Origin: a virus
Taxonomy: Duplodnaviria; Caudoviricetes
Reading direction: 5' to 3' (one strand)
Length of the DNA: 37,600 nucleotides
Virus record (IMG/VR): IMGVR_UViG_3300035665_000120
Coordinates: 1 to 37,600 of that record
Position numbers and translations under genes: made by a program. The notes below the pieces were generated by a model, which saw only the letters and a list, made by a program, of their open reading frames with translations, ran no database searches and was not told where the DNA came from. Positions within the stretch are counted from its first letter, which is position 1, and every line of letters begins with the position of its first letter. Of the stretch, positions 23,484-33,388 are shown piece after piece.

Positions 23484-25900
23484 TACTGCATCAGTCCTAT
23501 AAGCTGGGTTGGCGTTGCGCTCTGGATGGTTCCGTTGGGCATCCGCAGATAGACCGTGGCCCGTGGGTCTTGAATCCTGCCAATTGTGCCGCCGAGGAAG
23601 GTGTACATGCGCTTCCTTGCATCAGCATCGGAGGGGATCACAAAAGGATCAGACTGTGTGCCGGTGTTGGGCGTGGACATGACAAAGTCGTTCTTCTCAA
23701 AGCTCAACTGCGTAAGCACCTGCTGCCGAGCATTTCGAAGCATTGCTTCCATGCTGTTGAACTGTTTAGCAGCCACTTCCTTGTCCGCAAAGAATTTGGT
23801 GGGGTCACTGACGCCCCTAGCGGTCTCACGCGCCCACTCTTGCTCCTGCACTGCAACCCGTCCACCATCATTGGCGGAGGCGATGTTTTTCAAGATGGAG
23901 TTCATGCCGGTGCTGATGCGGGTCGAGGCGTCAGTCAGGTCGAGGTTTGGTCTCAGAGTTGCAGTGGGCAGAACAGGGACTAACAGGTTGTTGACCTTGT
24001 CCGAGAACCACGCACCGGGGCCGTAGGCATTGACAAAGACGCCCTTGAGGTTTTCAAGGGTAGACAGGCTGTTGTCCAAGGATCGCAACGTCGAACTGAG
24101 CTTGATACGCTCTCCCTTATCCGTCTCAATAGATGTCGGAGCTTCTCCACGGTTGACCACAAACGGGTTATCCGTGGGACGCAGCGTAAACCGGCTACGG
24201 ACAGCAGTCTGCACAGTCGGATTGTTGGGGTCAATAGAAAAGCCAAGGAAGCTACCGCTCTTGTCCTTGGAAACCAAAAGGCCCACCCCACCGTCTTCGG
24301 TAATCACGCCGCCTTTTTTAGCCAGCTCTGTGAGCCGGTCAAGGTCGCCCTTAAGCATAATTTCCCGAAGGCGCTGAGCAAACTTGTCTTGCTCTTGGAC
24401 ATCGTTGACGGCTTGAGACAGCGCGGCGGTATCGACCTTGATCTGACGATCCTTGGCCTGCGCAAGGAGTGCCATAAAGCCTTGCGGGATGCCTTTGGCT
24501 GCCTCGGCGAGCAATGACACCGGAGTTGTTCCTGCTTTGGCAGGCAGTGATGCGTATTTGAAGCCCGCATCGGCCAGCATCAGCATGGCATTGGTGTACA
24601 TCTCTTCTTTGCCGTCACCAAGAAGTTCCCGGTACAGCGGTGCGTACTCTTTCTGAGCCTCGCGAATTCTTTCCATCCGGCTCTTGTCGGCTACAACCCG
24701 TGGTGCGGCCACCTCGGGCCTGACTTCTGCTGCTTCTGCAGCGGCAGCCGGGGCACGCGCAGCGGTGCCGGCCGAATCGCCGCCTTCGATGACTTGACGA
24801 ATGAAATCAGCGTTGTTCATGTCCACTGCAGCCGGGCGGGCGGCCGAGGGTCCGGCACCGGGAACTTCCACGGGCGGAACTGCCTTGGCCCGCATACCTG
24901 CAACGAACTGCGCCAACTCTTCGTTGCTTACATTCGACAGAGAGGGCATCGGAATGCTTCTGTCGGTGACCCTGTAGTAGGCGTCCTCGTAATCTTTCAA
25001 GAGTTGCTGTCGCGCCGGGTCTTCGCCCGAATTCATTGCGCCCCTGTATCCAGCCACAATAGAACCAACACCTAGGGCACCAAAAGCTGCTGGGGGAGAA
25101 GGAGTAAGCAGATTGCCGGCCCGTCTTACGGTGCCCATGACCCGTGGCCCAGCTATGTTGGCCATGTGTTGGGTGAGCGTCGGGTACGTCAGGAACTGCT
25201 CGGCCGTATACTTTCCGCTTGGGCCCCGCACGTTCTCAAACACCGGCCGGAAAGTTTGCGGGAACCCTTGCGACATCAAGCGGCCAGCAGCGGCATTGCC
25301 CGAGGCCATAAAGCGGCTGGCAGCGGCAGCGGCCGCCGCCGTTTTGTCTGCACCAAACTGAGCAAAGCGCGCAGCATTTGTGATGAATGCGCCCCCCGCC
25401 GCTTGCATCGGAGGCAGGCCATCAGGGGTGGGCGGAGCCTGCTCAGGCCCGCCCTGGGAAAAAGGGGGAGCACCCGCCATGCCTTCGGGCATGGGAATTC
25501 CTGCTCCTTGGTCCGTGGGCATCGCACCCATCTCCGGCATCATGCCTTGAGGAGCCATTGCCTGTGCCTGAGGCAGCCCACCGATGCCGCCTTGCTGCGC
25601 AAATTGGGACTGCAGCATGGCCAGCACTTCCGGCGGAGTCTCCATGGCCGCTTCTTCGCCGACCATTTGAGCAAGTTCCATGTACCGAGCGTCCACCGAG
25701 CGCATATCCCCGCGCAGGTTGTTCATCAGGATTTCAGGGTTCTGGGGATTGCGAGCCATCTGGGGCATTTCCTCAGAAGGCTCGGGCATCTCATCCATGT
25801 CCTCCATCTCTTCCTCAAACCCGGAGAGGATGCCTGAATTGCGAGCCTCTTTAGACAGAGGCATTGCAAACATCGCCCGCTTCAGTACTTCTTCTTTCAT
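23483..25900 (-). CDS. Internal virion/ejection protein (805 aa)
   Basis: N-terminal VLKR.MF..P, acidic/Met-rich N-domain, structural context. Confidence 0.65.
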   Translation of the reverse strand: MKEEVLKRAMFAMPLSKEARNSGILSGFEEEMEDMDEMPEPSEEMPQMARNPQNPEILMNNLRGDMRSVDARYMELAQMVGEEAAMETPPEVLAMLQSQFAQQGGIGGLPQAQAMAPQGMMPEMGAMPTDQGAGIPMPEGMAGAPPFSQGGPEQAPPTPDGLPPMQAAGGAFITNAARFAQFGADKTAAAAAAASRFMASGNAAAGRLMSQGFPQTFRPVFENVRGPSGKYTAEQFLTYPTLTQHMANIAGPRVMGTVRRAGNLLTPSPPAAFGALGVGSIVAGYRGAMNSGEDPARQQLLKDYEDAYYRVTDRSIPMPSLSNVSNEELAQFVAGMRAKAVPPVEVPGAGPSAARPAAVDMNNADFIRQVIEGGDSAGTAARAPAAAAEAAEVRPEVAAPRVVADKSRMERIREAQKEYAPLYRELLGDGKEEMYTNAMLMLADAGFKYASLPAKAGTTPVSLLAEAAKGIPQGFMALLAQAKDRQIKVDTAALSQAVNDVQEQDKFAQRLREIMLKGDLDRLTELAKKGGVITEDGGVGLLVSKDKSGSFLGFSIDPNNPTVQTAVRSRFTLRPTDNPFVVNRGEAPTSIETDKGERIKLSSTLRSLDNSLSTLENLKGVFVNAYGPGAWFSDKVNNLLVPVLPTATLRPNLDLTDASTRISTGMNSILKNIASANDGGRVAVQEQEWARETARGVSDPTKFFADKEVAAKQFNSMEAMLRNARQQVLTQLSFEKNDFVMSTPNTGTQSDPFVIPSDADARKRMYTFLGGTIGRIQDPRATVYLRMPNGTIQSATPTQLIGLMQ

Positions 25901-25909
25901 AACGCTTCC

Positions 25910-26992
25910 TTAGAAGAGCTTGCTTGCGGCATTTGCTGCCGCTGCGGTGCCCAAGATTCCGGTACCCACGCCAGCAATCTGCTGGAAGGGGCTGGGCGCA
26001 GCCTGTTGCTGCTGCGTAATCGCCATCTGTGTAGACGGCGCGCCTTTGTAAATGTCAGATTGGAATGCCAAGTGCTGCATGGGGGCCAGCACTTCCTGCG
26101 TTTTGGAGGCGCGAAGCGCATCGAGTTCTGCTTGCTTCTGCCGCTGTTGCTGCGATCCGAGGTTGTACAGGAAGTTGACATCCCCCTGGCCCAACTGCTG
26201 AGCGGTCTGGCCCAGGGCAGCCTGTTGAATGCCCAAATTGGCCGCTTGGCTTCCCAATGTGCCCAAGCCCTGAGCCATAGATTGGCCCACGCCAAACTGC
26301 TGGGCTGCCAAGTTCCCAATGCCCTGACCAATGCTGGCCAGATTTTGGCCTTGAGCCATTTGCCTTTGCTGCTGCTGCTCAAAAGCCAGCTGCGCTTGTT
26401 GCTGCGCCGAGCCGTAACCCTGCTGCAGTGCATTGATAATCGCCTGATTGCGAGTCTGGGACAGCCCACGCTCTAGTTCCGCCCGCTGGATGCCCTCGCG
26501 GCTGCCACCAAAAGCGCCTGACCGAACCGCCTGCGCCTGCAGGTTTTGCCGAGCCATATCACCTTGCCGGTTGATTTCATTTAACGACTGCTCGATGACC
26601 GCCTGGGTGTACGGATTCATGAAGGCCTGCGCAGAATACGGGTTGAACCCTTGCGCTGATCCCATCAAAGAACCAATTCCAAGATTGGAGGCCTGCTGCG
26701 CTGCAGCAAACTGCCCACGGGTATCGGCCCCGCGAAGGACATTAGCCGCTTCCCCCAGGGTCGAAGTGCCTGCCCTCAGAGCTTCCGTGCCCTGCTGCAA
26801 GTAGGGGGCATACGCACCAATACCTGCCGTGCCCATCTGGAGAGCGGAAACCTGCTCAGGGGACATGCCCGCGACTTGATACGCGGGCAGTTGAGCAACG
26901 GGCAAGGCCTGTGCGGCCTTCATGAGGCCTAGCTTATAGGCCTCAATTTCCGGTGCTTCGCGGACTATCTGTTCTGTACGTTCAGTTGCCAT
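25910..26992 (-). CDS. Gln/Gly/Ala-rich DNA-transfer (pilot-like) protein
   Basis: FMNPY...V, GAFGGSR, C-terminal SPFQQIAG.G hydrophobic tail. Confidence 0.7.
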   Translation of the reverse strand: MATERTEQIVREAPEIEAYKLGLMKAAQALPVAQLPAYQVAGMSPEQVSALQMGTAGIGAYAPYLQQGTEALRAGTSTLGEAANVLRGADTRGQFAAAQQASNLGIGSLMGSAQGFNPYSAQAFMNPYTQAVIEQSLNEINRQGDMARQNLQAQAVRSGAFGGSREGIQRAELERGLSQTRNQAIINALQQGYGSAQQQAQLAFEQQQQRQMAQGQNLASIGQGIGNLAAQQFGVGQSMAQGLGTLGSQAANLGIQQAALGQTAQQLGQGDVNFLYNLGSQQQRQKQAELDALRASKTQEVLAPMQHLAFQSDIYKGAPSTQMAITQQQQAAPSPFQQIAGVGTGILGTAAAANAASKLF

Positions 26993-26995
26993 GTC

Positions 26996-29494
26996 TTATC
27001 CCCGTGAAGCATTGCGCTCGAGTTGATGCATGAGGGCATACATTTTTTTCGCCCCGGCTCTGCGGTTGCCTTTGCCTGCACCGCGAACAGCCTTCGCGGT
27101 CATGACAAACTCGCCGTCAGAGAGCATCGCAGGGATGGAATCCGAAGTCTCGGTTCCAGGGCCACTGATCTGTCCAGTGCGACGAGGATACCCGCCCTTC
27201 TCCAAAGAAGCAATACCGCCATCTGCTGCCCGCATTGGCATTCCTAGATAGGGGTTAAAAAACGGGTTGGAGTACATGGCCGAAGTGTTATACGGTTGCG
27301 GGACCATCTGGCCTGCGCCCATTGCGTATTGGGGGGCCTGATACATTGGGCCGCCCATGCCTTGGGGCATGATTCCTGGGGTAGATACCCGTACATCTTC
27401 CATCGTGCGGGGGGAGTAGTATGGGGAAGAGCCGATGATCTCCCCCGACGGGCCGTATTGAATTCCAGGGAGGCCCTGGGGAATGTACTGGGAGGGCCGA
27501 GCCGCAATCAAGTCTTCGCCAGGAGTGCCCCTAAGTTGCTGGGCAAGCTCAGACTCTGGCAGCTGTTTTGGCGTAAACCCGCCGCTCATCCCCATAATAC
27601 CCAGGCCCGCTGCAAGTCCAGGCCCGTAGCTTCTGATGATACTGGGGTTGTAAGTCTTCCCTGCTTCGGCCAAAGCCGCTGCATCAGTGGCTCCTCTGGC
27701 AACTGCAGAGGTGTACTCCGGTGTTCCACGAAGCTCGGCAGGCGTAGAACTACCGGGCAAGAACAGGTCTTTTGACCCGCTCGCTAGTTCTCCAAAGCCC
27801 TGCCGGACATTACCTTGCAGTATGTTAGAAATGCCCCCGCCCATCCGGCCGAGAGAACTCATGACACCGGGCACCGGGCGAGGGGCGCCAGGAGTGCCGG
27901 GGGCACCGGGAGCAGGGGCACTAGGGGCAGCAACTGCGCCAGGAAGTGCTCGTTGAGCAGCGTCGCCGTAGATTTGGTCTAGGGCGGCCTGGGAGGCACC
28001 AGAAGCAGCAACGGCCGCTGCGCCTGGAGAAGCGGTCCGGGCCAGTGACTGTGCCATGCTGGGCTCTCTGCCGCTGGTAAAAGAATATCGGCTGGCTGGA
28101 AGGTCGTACCCGTCAGGAGAAAGCGAGTTTTCCAGAACAGGAGAAGGTATGTTTTCCAGTCTCGCCGCAGTCATCGAGGTAGTGGGACGCAGCGTCCCTG
28201 CTCTGCCCAAGTGAGCTTCCCGGAACTCTTGCCCGCTCATATATTGCTCATTTACGCCCTGCCCCATGAACCCTTGTTGGCCTTGCCCGGCCATGAGGTC
28301 TGCAGCGGTTCCGACAGGCCCGACAGGCCCCGCCGGAGAACCGCCCAAAGGCATTGGAACGGTCATGGGCTTGGGAACTTGCGCCCCAAATCCCTGTTGG
28401 AAGCCCGTCACGCTTCCCGAGATTGCTCCAGAAACCAAGCCGCTCTTGACAGCATCGGCCAGATTTTGGCCCGACAACAGGCCTACGCCAGTGCTGACAA
28501 GTCCTGCATTGATCGCCGAAGCCGCCGCCGCGTTTGTAACGCCCATGGCACCTGCGCCGATGGTTCTGCCCACATAGTTGGCCACTGGGCCGCCAGGAGC
28601 CCCAAGGTATCCCACAGCGGCGCTTCGCAGGATGTCTTTGGCGTTCCCGCCACCAATCGCAGTCACCGTACCAGAAGCAATCGCGGCATTTACGCCGGCA
28701 CTTAGCCCTAAGTTAAGCCCTTGTATTCCAAAGGCCCCTGGTCCGAGGAACGCGGCCAGTGCAACAGTGGCCACGATCCGTCCAATCGGGGACTTGACGA
28801 TCTTCTTGGCTACGTTGACAACGCCCTTAACCGTGTTTGAAATTGCCTTGCCAATGCCCTTGGCTGTGCCAGTAATTACATTGCCGATCTTCTTGACCAG
28901 TTTTTTAAGGAACTCTGGCTGGCCAGTCTCAGGGTTGATAGTGCCTGAACCGCCCCGCGATTTTAAAAGTCGAGCCTCCTCGGGCGTAATATGCGCCAGC
29001 ATAGTGTCGCCATAACGGCCTTTGGAAGCCACCAAACGAGCCGCTTCTGCAATCCCGCCTCGAGCCATCTGGGCCGGGGGCATCGGCACTTCAGCTACGG
29101 CCGCCCGCTGGTTGCCCATCTGCCGTTGCCGGCGGGCTTCCACAAACACCACCAAAATTGCGGAAAGAATTTCGGGGTCGTACTCGTCCGGCAGCATTCC
29201 CGGGTCGATGAGATCGCTTTCAGCCAGTTGTTTAACATTCTCAGCGTACTCGTCCGGGCGATCCAGGATGTACTGAAAAACCTCAATGAGCATGTCCAAC
29301 TGATCATCCTCAAGCTCATCGAGCATCGGCATGATCTCGTTGAGGGCCCCTTGCATGTCAGTTGCGACCTCAGGGGACACATCTTCAAGGCCCCCACGGA
29401 TGGCACCGTAGGCATCGTCCAGGGAAATTTGAGGGGCGGCGGCACTCTCATTGCCCTGTGGCAGGGACATGATGCCTTCGTTTTCAGCGGCCAT
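26996..29494 (-). CDS. Internal virion/ejection protein (832 aa) with membrane-spanning Gly/Ala region
   Basis: GRYGDTMLAHITPEEA..L...GGSGTINP.TG.PEF; C-terminal GPGTETSDSIPAMLSDGEFV; glycine-zipper hydrophobic segments. Confidence 0.7.
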   Translation of the reverse strand: MAAENEGIMSLPQGNESAAAPQISLDDAYGAIRGGLEDVSPEVATDMQGALNEIMPMLDELEDDQLDMLIEVFQYILDRPDEYAENVKQLAESDLIDPGMLPDEYDPEILSAILVVFVEARRQRQMGNQRAAVAEVPMPPAQMARGGIAEAARLVASKGRYGDTMLAHITPEEARLLKSRGGSGTINPETGQPEFLKKLVKKIGNVITGTAKGIGKAISNTVKGVVNVAKKIVKSPIGRIVATVALAAFLGPGAFGIQGLNLGLSAGVNAAIASGTVTAIGGGNAKDILRSAAVGYLGAPGGPVANYVGRTIGAGAMGVTNAAAASAINAGLVSTGVGLLSGQNLADAVKSGLVSGAISGSVTGFQQGFGAQVPKPMTVPMPLGGSPAGPVGPVGTAADLMAGQGQQGFMGQGVNEQYMSGQEFREAHLGRAGTLRPTTSMTAARLENIPSPVLENSLSPDGYDLPASRYSFTSGREPSMAQSLARTASPGAAAVAASGASQAALDQIYGDAAQRALPGAVAAPSAPAPGAPGTPGAPRPVPGVMSSLGRMGGGISNILQGNVRQGFGELASGSKDLFLPGSSTPAELRGTPEYTSAVARGATDAAALAEAGKTYNPSIIRSYGPGLAAGLGIMGMSGGFTPKQLPESELAQQLRGTPGEDLIAARPSQYIPQGLPGIQYGPSGEIIGSSPYYSPRTMEDVRVSTPGIMPQGMGGPMYQAPQYAMGAGQMVPQPYNTSAMYSNPFFNPYLGMPMRAADGGIASLEKGGYPRRTGQISGPGTETSDSIPAMLSDGEFVMTAKAVRGAGKGNRRAGAKKMYALMHQLERNASRG

Positions 29495-29530
29495 TTTGGT
29501 TCCTTTGCTGGGCAGAAAGGGGATTAATTA

Positions 29531-29559
29531 AGTCTATCATGGAGGGTTTGTTTGCTCAA
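29531..29559 (-). promoter_or_regulatory. Internal sigma70-like promoter ahead of the ejection-protein cluster
   Basis: TTGAGC (29554-29559)-N17-TAGACT (29531-29536) with an extended TG, in a 65-bp intergenic gap. Confidence 0.55.
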
Positions 29560-30945
29560 TTACCGGCTGATCTCTTCCCAGTCCACAGAACCGAGAACCT
29601 GATCACCGTTGGATGCAGCCGTACAGGCCAGCGTCAACTCATAAGCGGTCGGAGTAAAGGGGTCACGCTCAAGCTGCGAGGCAAACAAAGCCTCTTTCAA
29701 AATGTCCACGCTGTTTGACCCTTGGTTGGAGCCTTGGAAAAAGCCCGTTGCCAAGATGCGTCCGGTGCCGACAGTAAACGCCGTGCCAGTAATGTTGTAC
29801 TCAACCCCTGAGTTCGTTCCGGCGCTTACCCAGGTGCCCCCGGTCGTGGTGCCAGACGCCACAACTTCCCATTTGTAATTGGCGTTGTTGGTGATGCCCA
29901 AGATTGACACTGCTGTCAGAATAGCGATTGCATCCAGGCGGGTCGTCTTCAGGCGAAGGGATACAACAGGGTAAAACGTACCGGCAGTGGTCAGCGTTTT
30001 CGGGGTTGTGATGGGGGTTCCTGCCGACAACTGCGCACCGCGTAGTTCATATCCACCCTCAGAGATCACCGTCGAGCAAACCTGTTTAAGGGTGCTGGCC
30101 CCGGTCGTTGCGGCTGCGTTGGTCATCTCGTACCGCAGCGGGAGTGAGGCGGTGGTGATGTAGGTGGTGTTGATCAGGTTGGCATGGTTGAAGTTGTGGC
30201 ACGGGACAAATGCCCCGTTGATGATGAACCCCGTGCGAACAGTGCCAAGGCCAAGCCATTCGATGTCCATGTACAGAATCTGCGCCTTGGAGGAGTCCAG
30301 CGTCAGGCCAGAAGGGCCAGTGCCGTCCATCGGGTCTTGGTTCCAGTCTGCCTGAGCCACACGGGTATTGACCACCGACCCCGTCACACTGCTGCGCTCG
30401 ACCATGTAGTTGATGGAGCCTTCACGCTCAAAGTAAATACCGTTGGCTGCACCGTAATAGCCAGCACGTTGACGCAGGTTGGCCTTAGCCGTGCCAAAAA
30501 TGAACGTATTCATCACCAACAGGCTCTTGCCCGGCTGGTACGAAAAGACTTTGATGGTCTCGCGGATGATCTGATCCCCACTGGCCGAGCCAACCGTCAG
30601 GTCTACCAACCCCTCATTTGCGTTAAAGGTTGCCGCTGCGGTGCCGGTGATGCTGTTGACCCACAGGGTGTTGTCCGCGTATCGGTGAGATGAGTCAAAC
30701 AGCGTCAGAGGATTGCTGACCCGTAGCCGCCCAAAAGCATCCGTGTTGGTGCCGCCAATTGATACCGGGATTGTTTCCATAGAAGCCACCAATTGACCCA
30801 GGATGTTGTCGAGTCGGTTGAAGTACAGACGCAAAACGTCAGCAAACTGATCGTGATACCGCTTCTCGTATTCAACAGGCGCGGTCGGCAGACGAGGCGC
30901 AACGACTCGGTTTAGTTCAAACTCTGATGTGACGATCAGGGTCAT
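29560..30945 (-). CDS. Structural protein (N-terminal LP.AP.EY anchor plus beta-rich, lectin-like domain)
   Basis: DAFGRLRVS.P.TLFDS, YQPGKS, D.EWLG.G.VR; Thr/Gly-rich. Confidence 0.7.
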   Translation of the reverse strand: MTLIVTSEFELNRVVAPRLPTAPVEYEKRYHDQFADVLRLYFNRLDNILGQLVASMETIPVSIGGTNTDAFGRLRVSNPLTLFDSSHRYADNTLWVNSITGTAAATFNANEGLVDLTVGSASGDQIIRETIKVFSYQPGKSLLVMNTFIFGTAKANLRQRAGYYGAANGIYFEREGSINYMVERSSVTGSVVNTRVAQADWNQDPMDGTGPSGLTLDSSKAQILYMDIEWLGLGTVRTGFIINGAFVPCHNFNHANLINTTYITTASLPLRYEMTNAAATTGASTLKQVCSTVISEGGYELRGAQLSAGTPITTPKTLTTAGTFYPVVSLRLKTTRLDAIAILTAVSILGITNNANYKWEVVASGTTTGGTWVSAGTNSGVEYNITGTAFTVGTGRILATGFFQGSNQGSNSVDILKEALFASQLERDPFTPTAYELTLACTAASNGDQVLGSVDWEEISR

Positions 30946-32877
30946 TTAACGCCTTCCGTCAGGACGTACGTCGAGTGACGGGACACCCAACTGCCAGTTG
31001 ACCCCAAGGCCATCTGAACTGACCTTGAACGCCATCTGCCTGCCACGGATGCGCGTGTAAACAATCTGGGTGAACTGCTGCACCGTGTAGTTTCGCTGGC
31101 CCTGATAGTTCTGCGTGCTGGTCACAGTGGGCGTACCTGCGGCGCTGTAGTTGGCACCAGGGTTCTGCCGTGGACGCAGGGTAAACGTAACCTGCGGGTT
31201 GTTGACGTACGACCCATCAAACGTAATGTCAGGAATCATGCGCCAAGCAAAACCGTAGTTGTGGCCATCACCAATGTTGAAGTCAGCAGACTGGATGTAG
31301 GACTCAATTGCGCTCGGCGGGTTAGTGCTGCCGTCATCCACACCACTTTCGTGATAGACCAACTGGCCGTTGTAGCCTGTGGCGGTCGGATGATTTCTCA
31401 ATGGCGTATCCAGCCATGCGGTGCGCGACAGATTGCCGTACGACCAGATGCGCTCCAAGTGGTTGTAGATGACGTACCTGTCAATCACCGTTGAATTGGC
31501 CGAGCAGTAGAACCACCAGACCTCGTTGTAGCCCTCGTTGGTGCTGGCAAAAAACTGATACTGCTGAGACAGATTGATGTTTCCAAAGATGTATTGCCGC
31601 AATGGGCAGTACAAGGTCTCGACTCGACCAGAGTACATGTAGAACTTATCCAGCCCCATCCAGTACGTGATGTTGGCTGCGGTGGCTGTGGCGTTGGGGC
31701 CAGCGATTGAGATGTTGTAGCCCAGAACCTGAAAGCCCCAGATGTACGGGGGGCCAAGGTACTGCATAGAGTAAATGGCCGCGTCAGTCCAGACCAGAAT
31801 CTCCTGCCGGGTCTGTTGGTGCGCCACGATGCTCGACCCCGTGGACAGGCGATAGCTGCCCGCCTGATTGGTTGCGGCGGGGGTCCATGTGGCGTAGTCT
31901 TCTTGGTCAGACCAACGGATTAGCAGCGGGTCTTGCGTCGCCGAACCGTAGTCATTGCACCCGAAGGCAATTACAAACCGAGAAGCATCAGACACCGCGA
32001 CCATGTTGGAAACAGTCGGGCAACCGGAATCCGTCGTGTAAGGTGGTGGGCTGGTCGGCGACAGCAGGACTGCGCGGTCGTATACCAGTGGGCTGGCGTT
32101 GACTTTCCACAAATACAGTGCCCCGCCACGCGGGTTGATGATGAGGTCTTGGCCGTAGTTAGACTGGCTCCAGAGACGAAGCTGTGCCAATGCAGCAGAC
32201 TGCCCCCAGCCCGTTGAAGCATACCCTGGCGTAATGCCGCCCCAGCCACCAGCGCCCCAACCAACAACTACTGTGTCGATCTCTTCGCCAGGATCGATTT
32301 GATAGGCAAAGGTGGCCGCGCCTGTGGTACCAGAAGAAGTAGCGGCGGTGGCAACTGTGATGCTGTAGGTGTCAACTGTCAGGTATGTGATGCGGAACTC
32401 TTTGTTCAAGTCCGCTGCCGGGATGCCGTTTACTGGACCCGATACCCCAGAGATAGTCACGAAGTCGTTTGTGACTGCACCGTGGGCCGTGTCGTTGATG
32501 ACGACGGTCGTCAAGCCGTTGGTTGTGGTGAAGGCGTTGGACGCGATGGTGACGGTATCGCGCAGCGGTGTGATGTCGTGAAACGCCCCATCAACACCGT
32601 TTTGAATATAGTATTTGAGGTTGGTCCCCAGACCAAGCAGGTTGTAGCCAGACAGGGTGATCCAGTTCCACAGCGAACGGCAGACGCCCCAGAAAGAACC
32701 AGTGGGCGGCATCAAGCCGCTCGATTGCGCTCCATTGTCGCGCTCCCACCCACCAAGCTTCTCAGGGTAGCCCGAGCGAAACCGCACCTTGTCCATCTCA
32801 AACCAAGTGCCCTCATTGGCAAGGGTGGTTGACTCTCGATTGACGCCTGGGCGTAGTTGCAGTTTCTGAAGTGGCAT
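30946..32877 (-). CDS. Tail/head-closure (P22 gp10/tail tubular B-like) beta-propeller protein
   Basis: MPLQK...PG.N, D.VRFR.G.PEK.GGW, IRWSDQED, EVWWFY, RTAW.D; C-terminal R.RGRQ..PDGRR. Confidence 0.75.
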   Translation of the reverse strand: MPLQKLQLRPGVNRESTTLANEGTWFEMDKVRFRSGYPEKLGGWERDNGAQSSGLMPPTGSFWGVCRSLWNWITLSGYNLLGLGTNLKYYIQNGVDGAFHDITPLRDTVTIASNAFTTTNGLTTVVINDTAHGAVTNDFVTISGVSGPVNGIPAADLNKEFRITYLTVDTYSITVATAATSSGTTGAATFAYQIDPGEEIDTVVVGWGAGGWGGITPGYASTGWGQSAALAQLRLWSQSNYGQDLIINPRGGALYLWKVNASPLVYDRAVLLSPTSPPPYTTDSGCPTVSNMVAVSDASRFVIAFGCNDYGSATQDPLLIRWSDQEDYATWTPAATNQAGSYRLSTGSSIVAHQQTRQEILVWTDAAIYSMQYLGPPYIWGFQVLGYNISIAGPNATATAANITYWMGLDKFYMYSGRVETLYCPLRQYIFGNINLSQQYQFFASTNEGYNEVWWFYCSANSTVIDRYVIYNHLERIWSYGNLSRTAWLDTPLRNHPTATGYNGQLVYHESGVDDGSTNPPSAIESYIQSADFNIGDGHNYGFAWRMIPDITFDGSYVNNPQVTFTLRPRQNPGANYSAAGTPTVTSTQNYQGQRNYTVQQFTQIVYTRIRGRQMAFKVSSDGLGVNWQLGVPSLDVRPDGRR

Positions 32878-32884
32878 GGTCGTC

Positions 32885-33388
32885 CTACGACAAAAAGAGG
32901 GCGCGTTCGTCTTTGCGGCGCTTATCCAGCCCTGCCAGCACTTTACCCCCACCCTTGTTCCAAAGCAAGAAAGCGTCTGCTGCGCCTTCCCAATCGCCCC
33001 GGTTTGCTTTCATGCGGATGCTGCTGCGCTGGAGGTTGCCTAGCCCGAAATTAAAGGAAATACTGACCAGAGCGTCAAAGCGGCCTTGACTGCCAACACT
33101 GCCGGGCACAAGTCGAAGAACACCACGTTCAAAACTTGCGACATCCGAGTCGAAGAGATCATTAATTTCCTGCTTGGACCAGACACGGTTGTCCTCCGGT
33201 TTCAATGGGTACTCCCTGCGGATCATGGGGGTGTCGTCTTTGGTTCGCATCATAGGCAGGCGAATCTGTTCTTGGTACAGCACATGGCCATAACCAATTG
33301 TCCAGATGTGCGCCGGACACAGGTACGGTCGGTTTTTGTACCCCTCGTACTTGTGCATCAAGTCAGCGCCGACCTTGCTCAGTTTCAC
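32885..33388 (-). CDS. Endolysin, GH24 phage lysozyme
   Basis: E-x8-C-x5-T catalytic motif (EGYKNRPYLCPAHIWT), FDALVS..FN.G, GL..RR..ER.LF. GTG start overlaps the holin stop. Confidence 0.92.
   Translation of the reverse strand: MKLSKVGADLMHKYEGYKNRPYLCPAHIWTIGYGHVLYQEQIRLPMMRTKDDTPMIRREYPLKPEDNRVWSKQEINDLFDSDVASFERGVLRLVPGSVGSQGRFDALVSISFNFGLGNLQRSSIRMKANRGDWEGAADAFLLWNKGGGKVLAGLDKRRKDERALFLS

Noticed and set aside
32885-33388. Cys in place of the catalytic Asp as an inactive lysozyme
   Set aside because: E-x8-(D/C)-x5-T is a known active GH24 variant.
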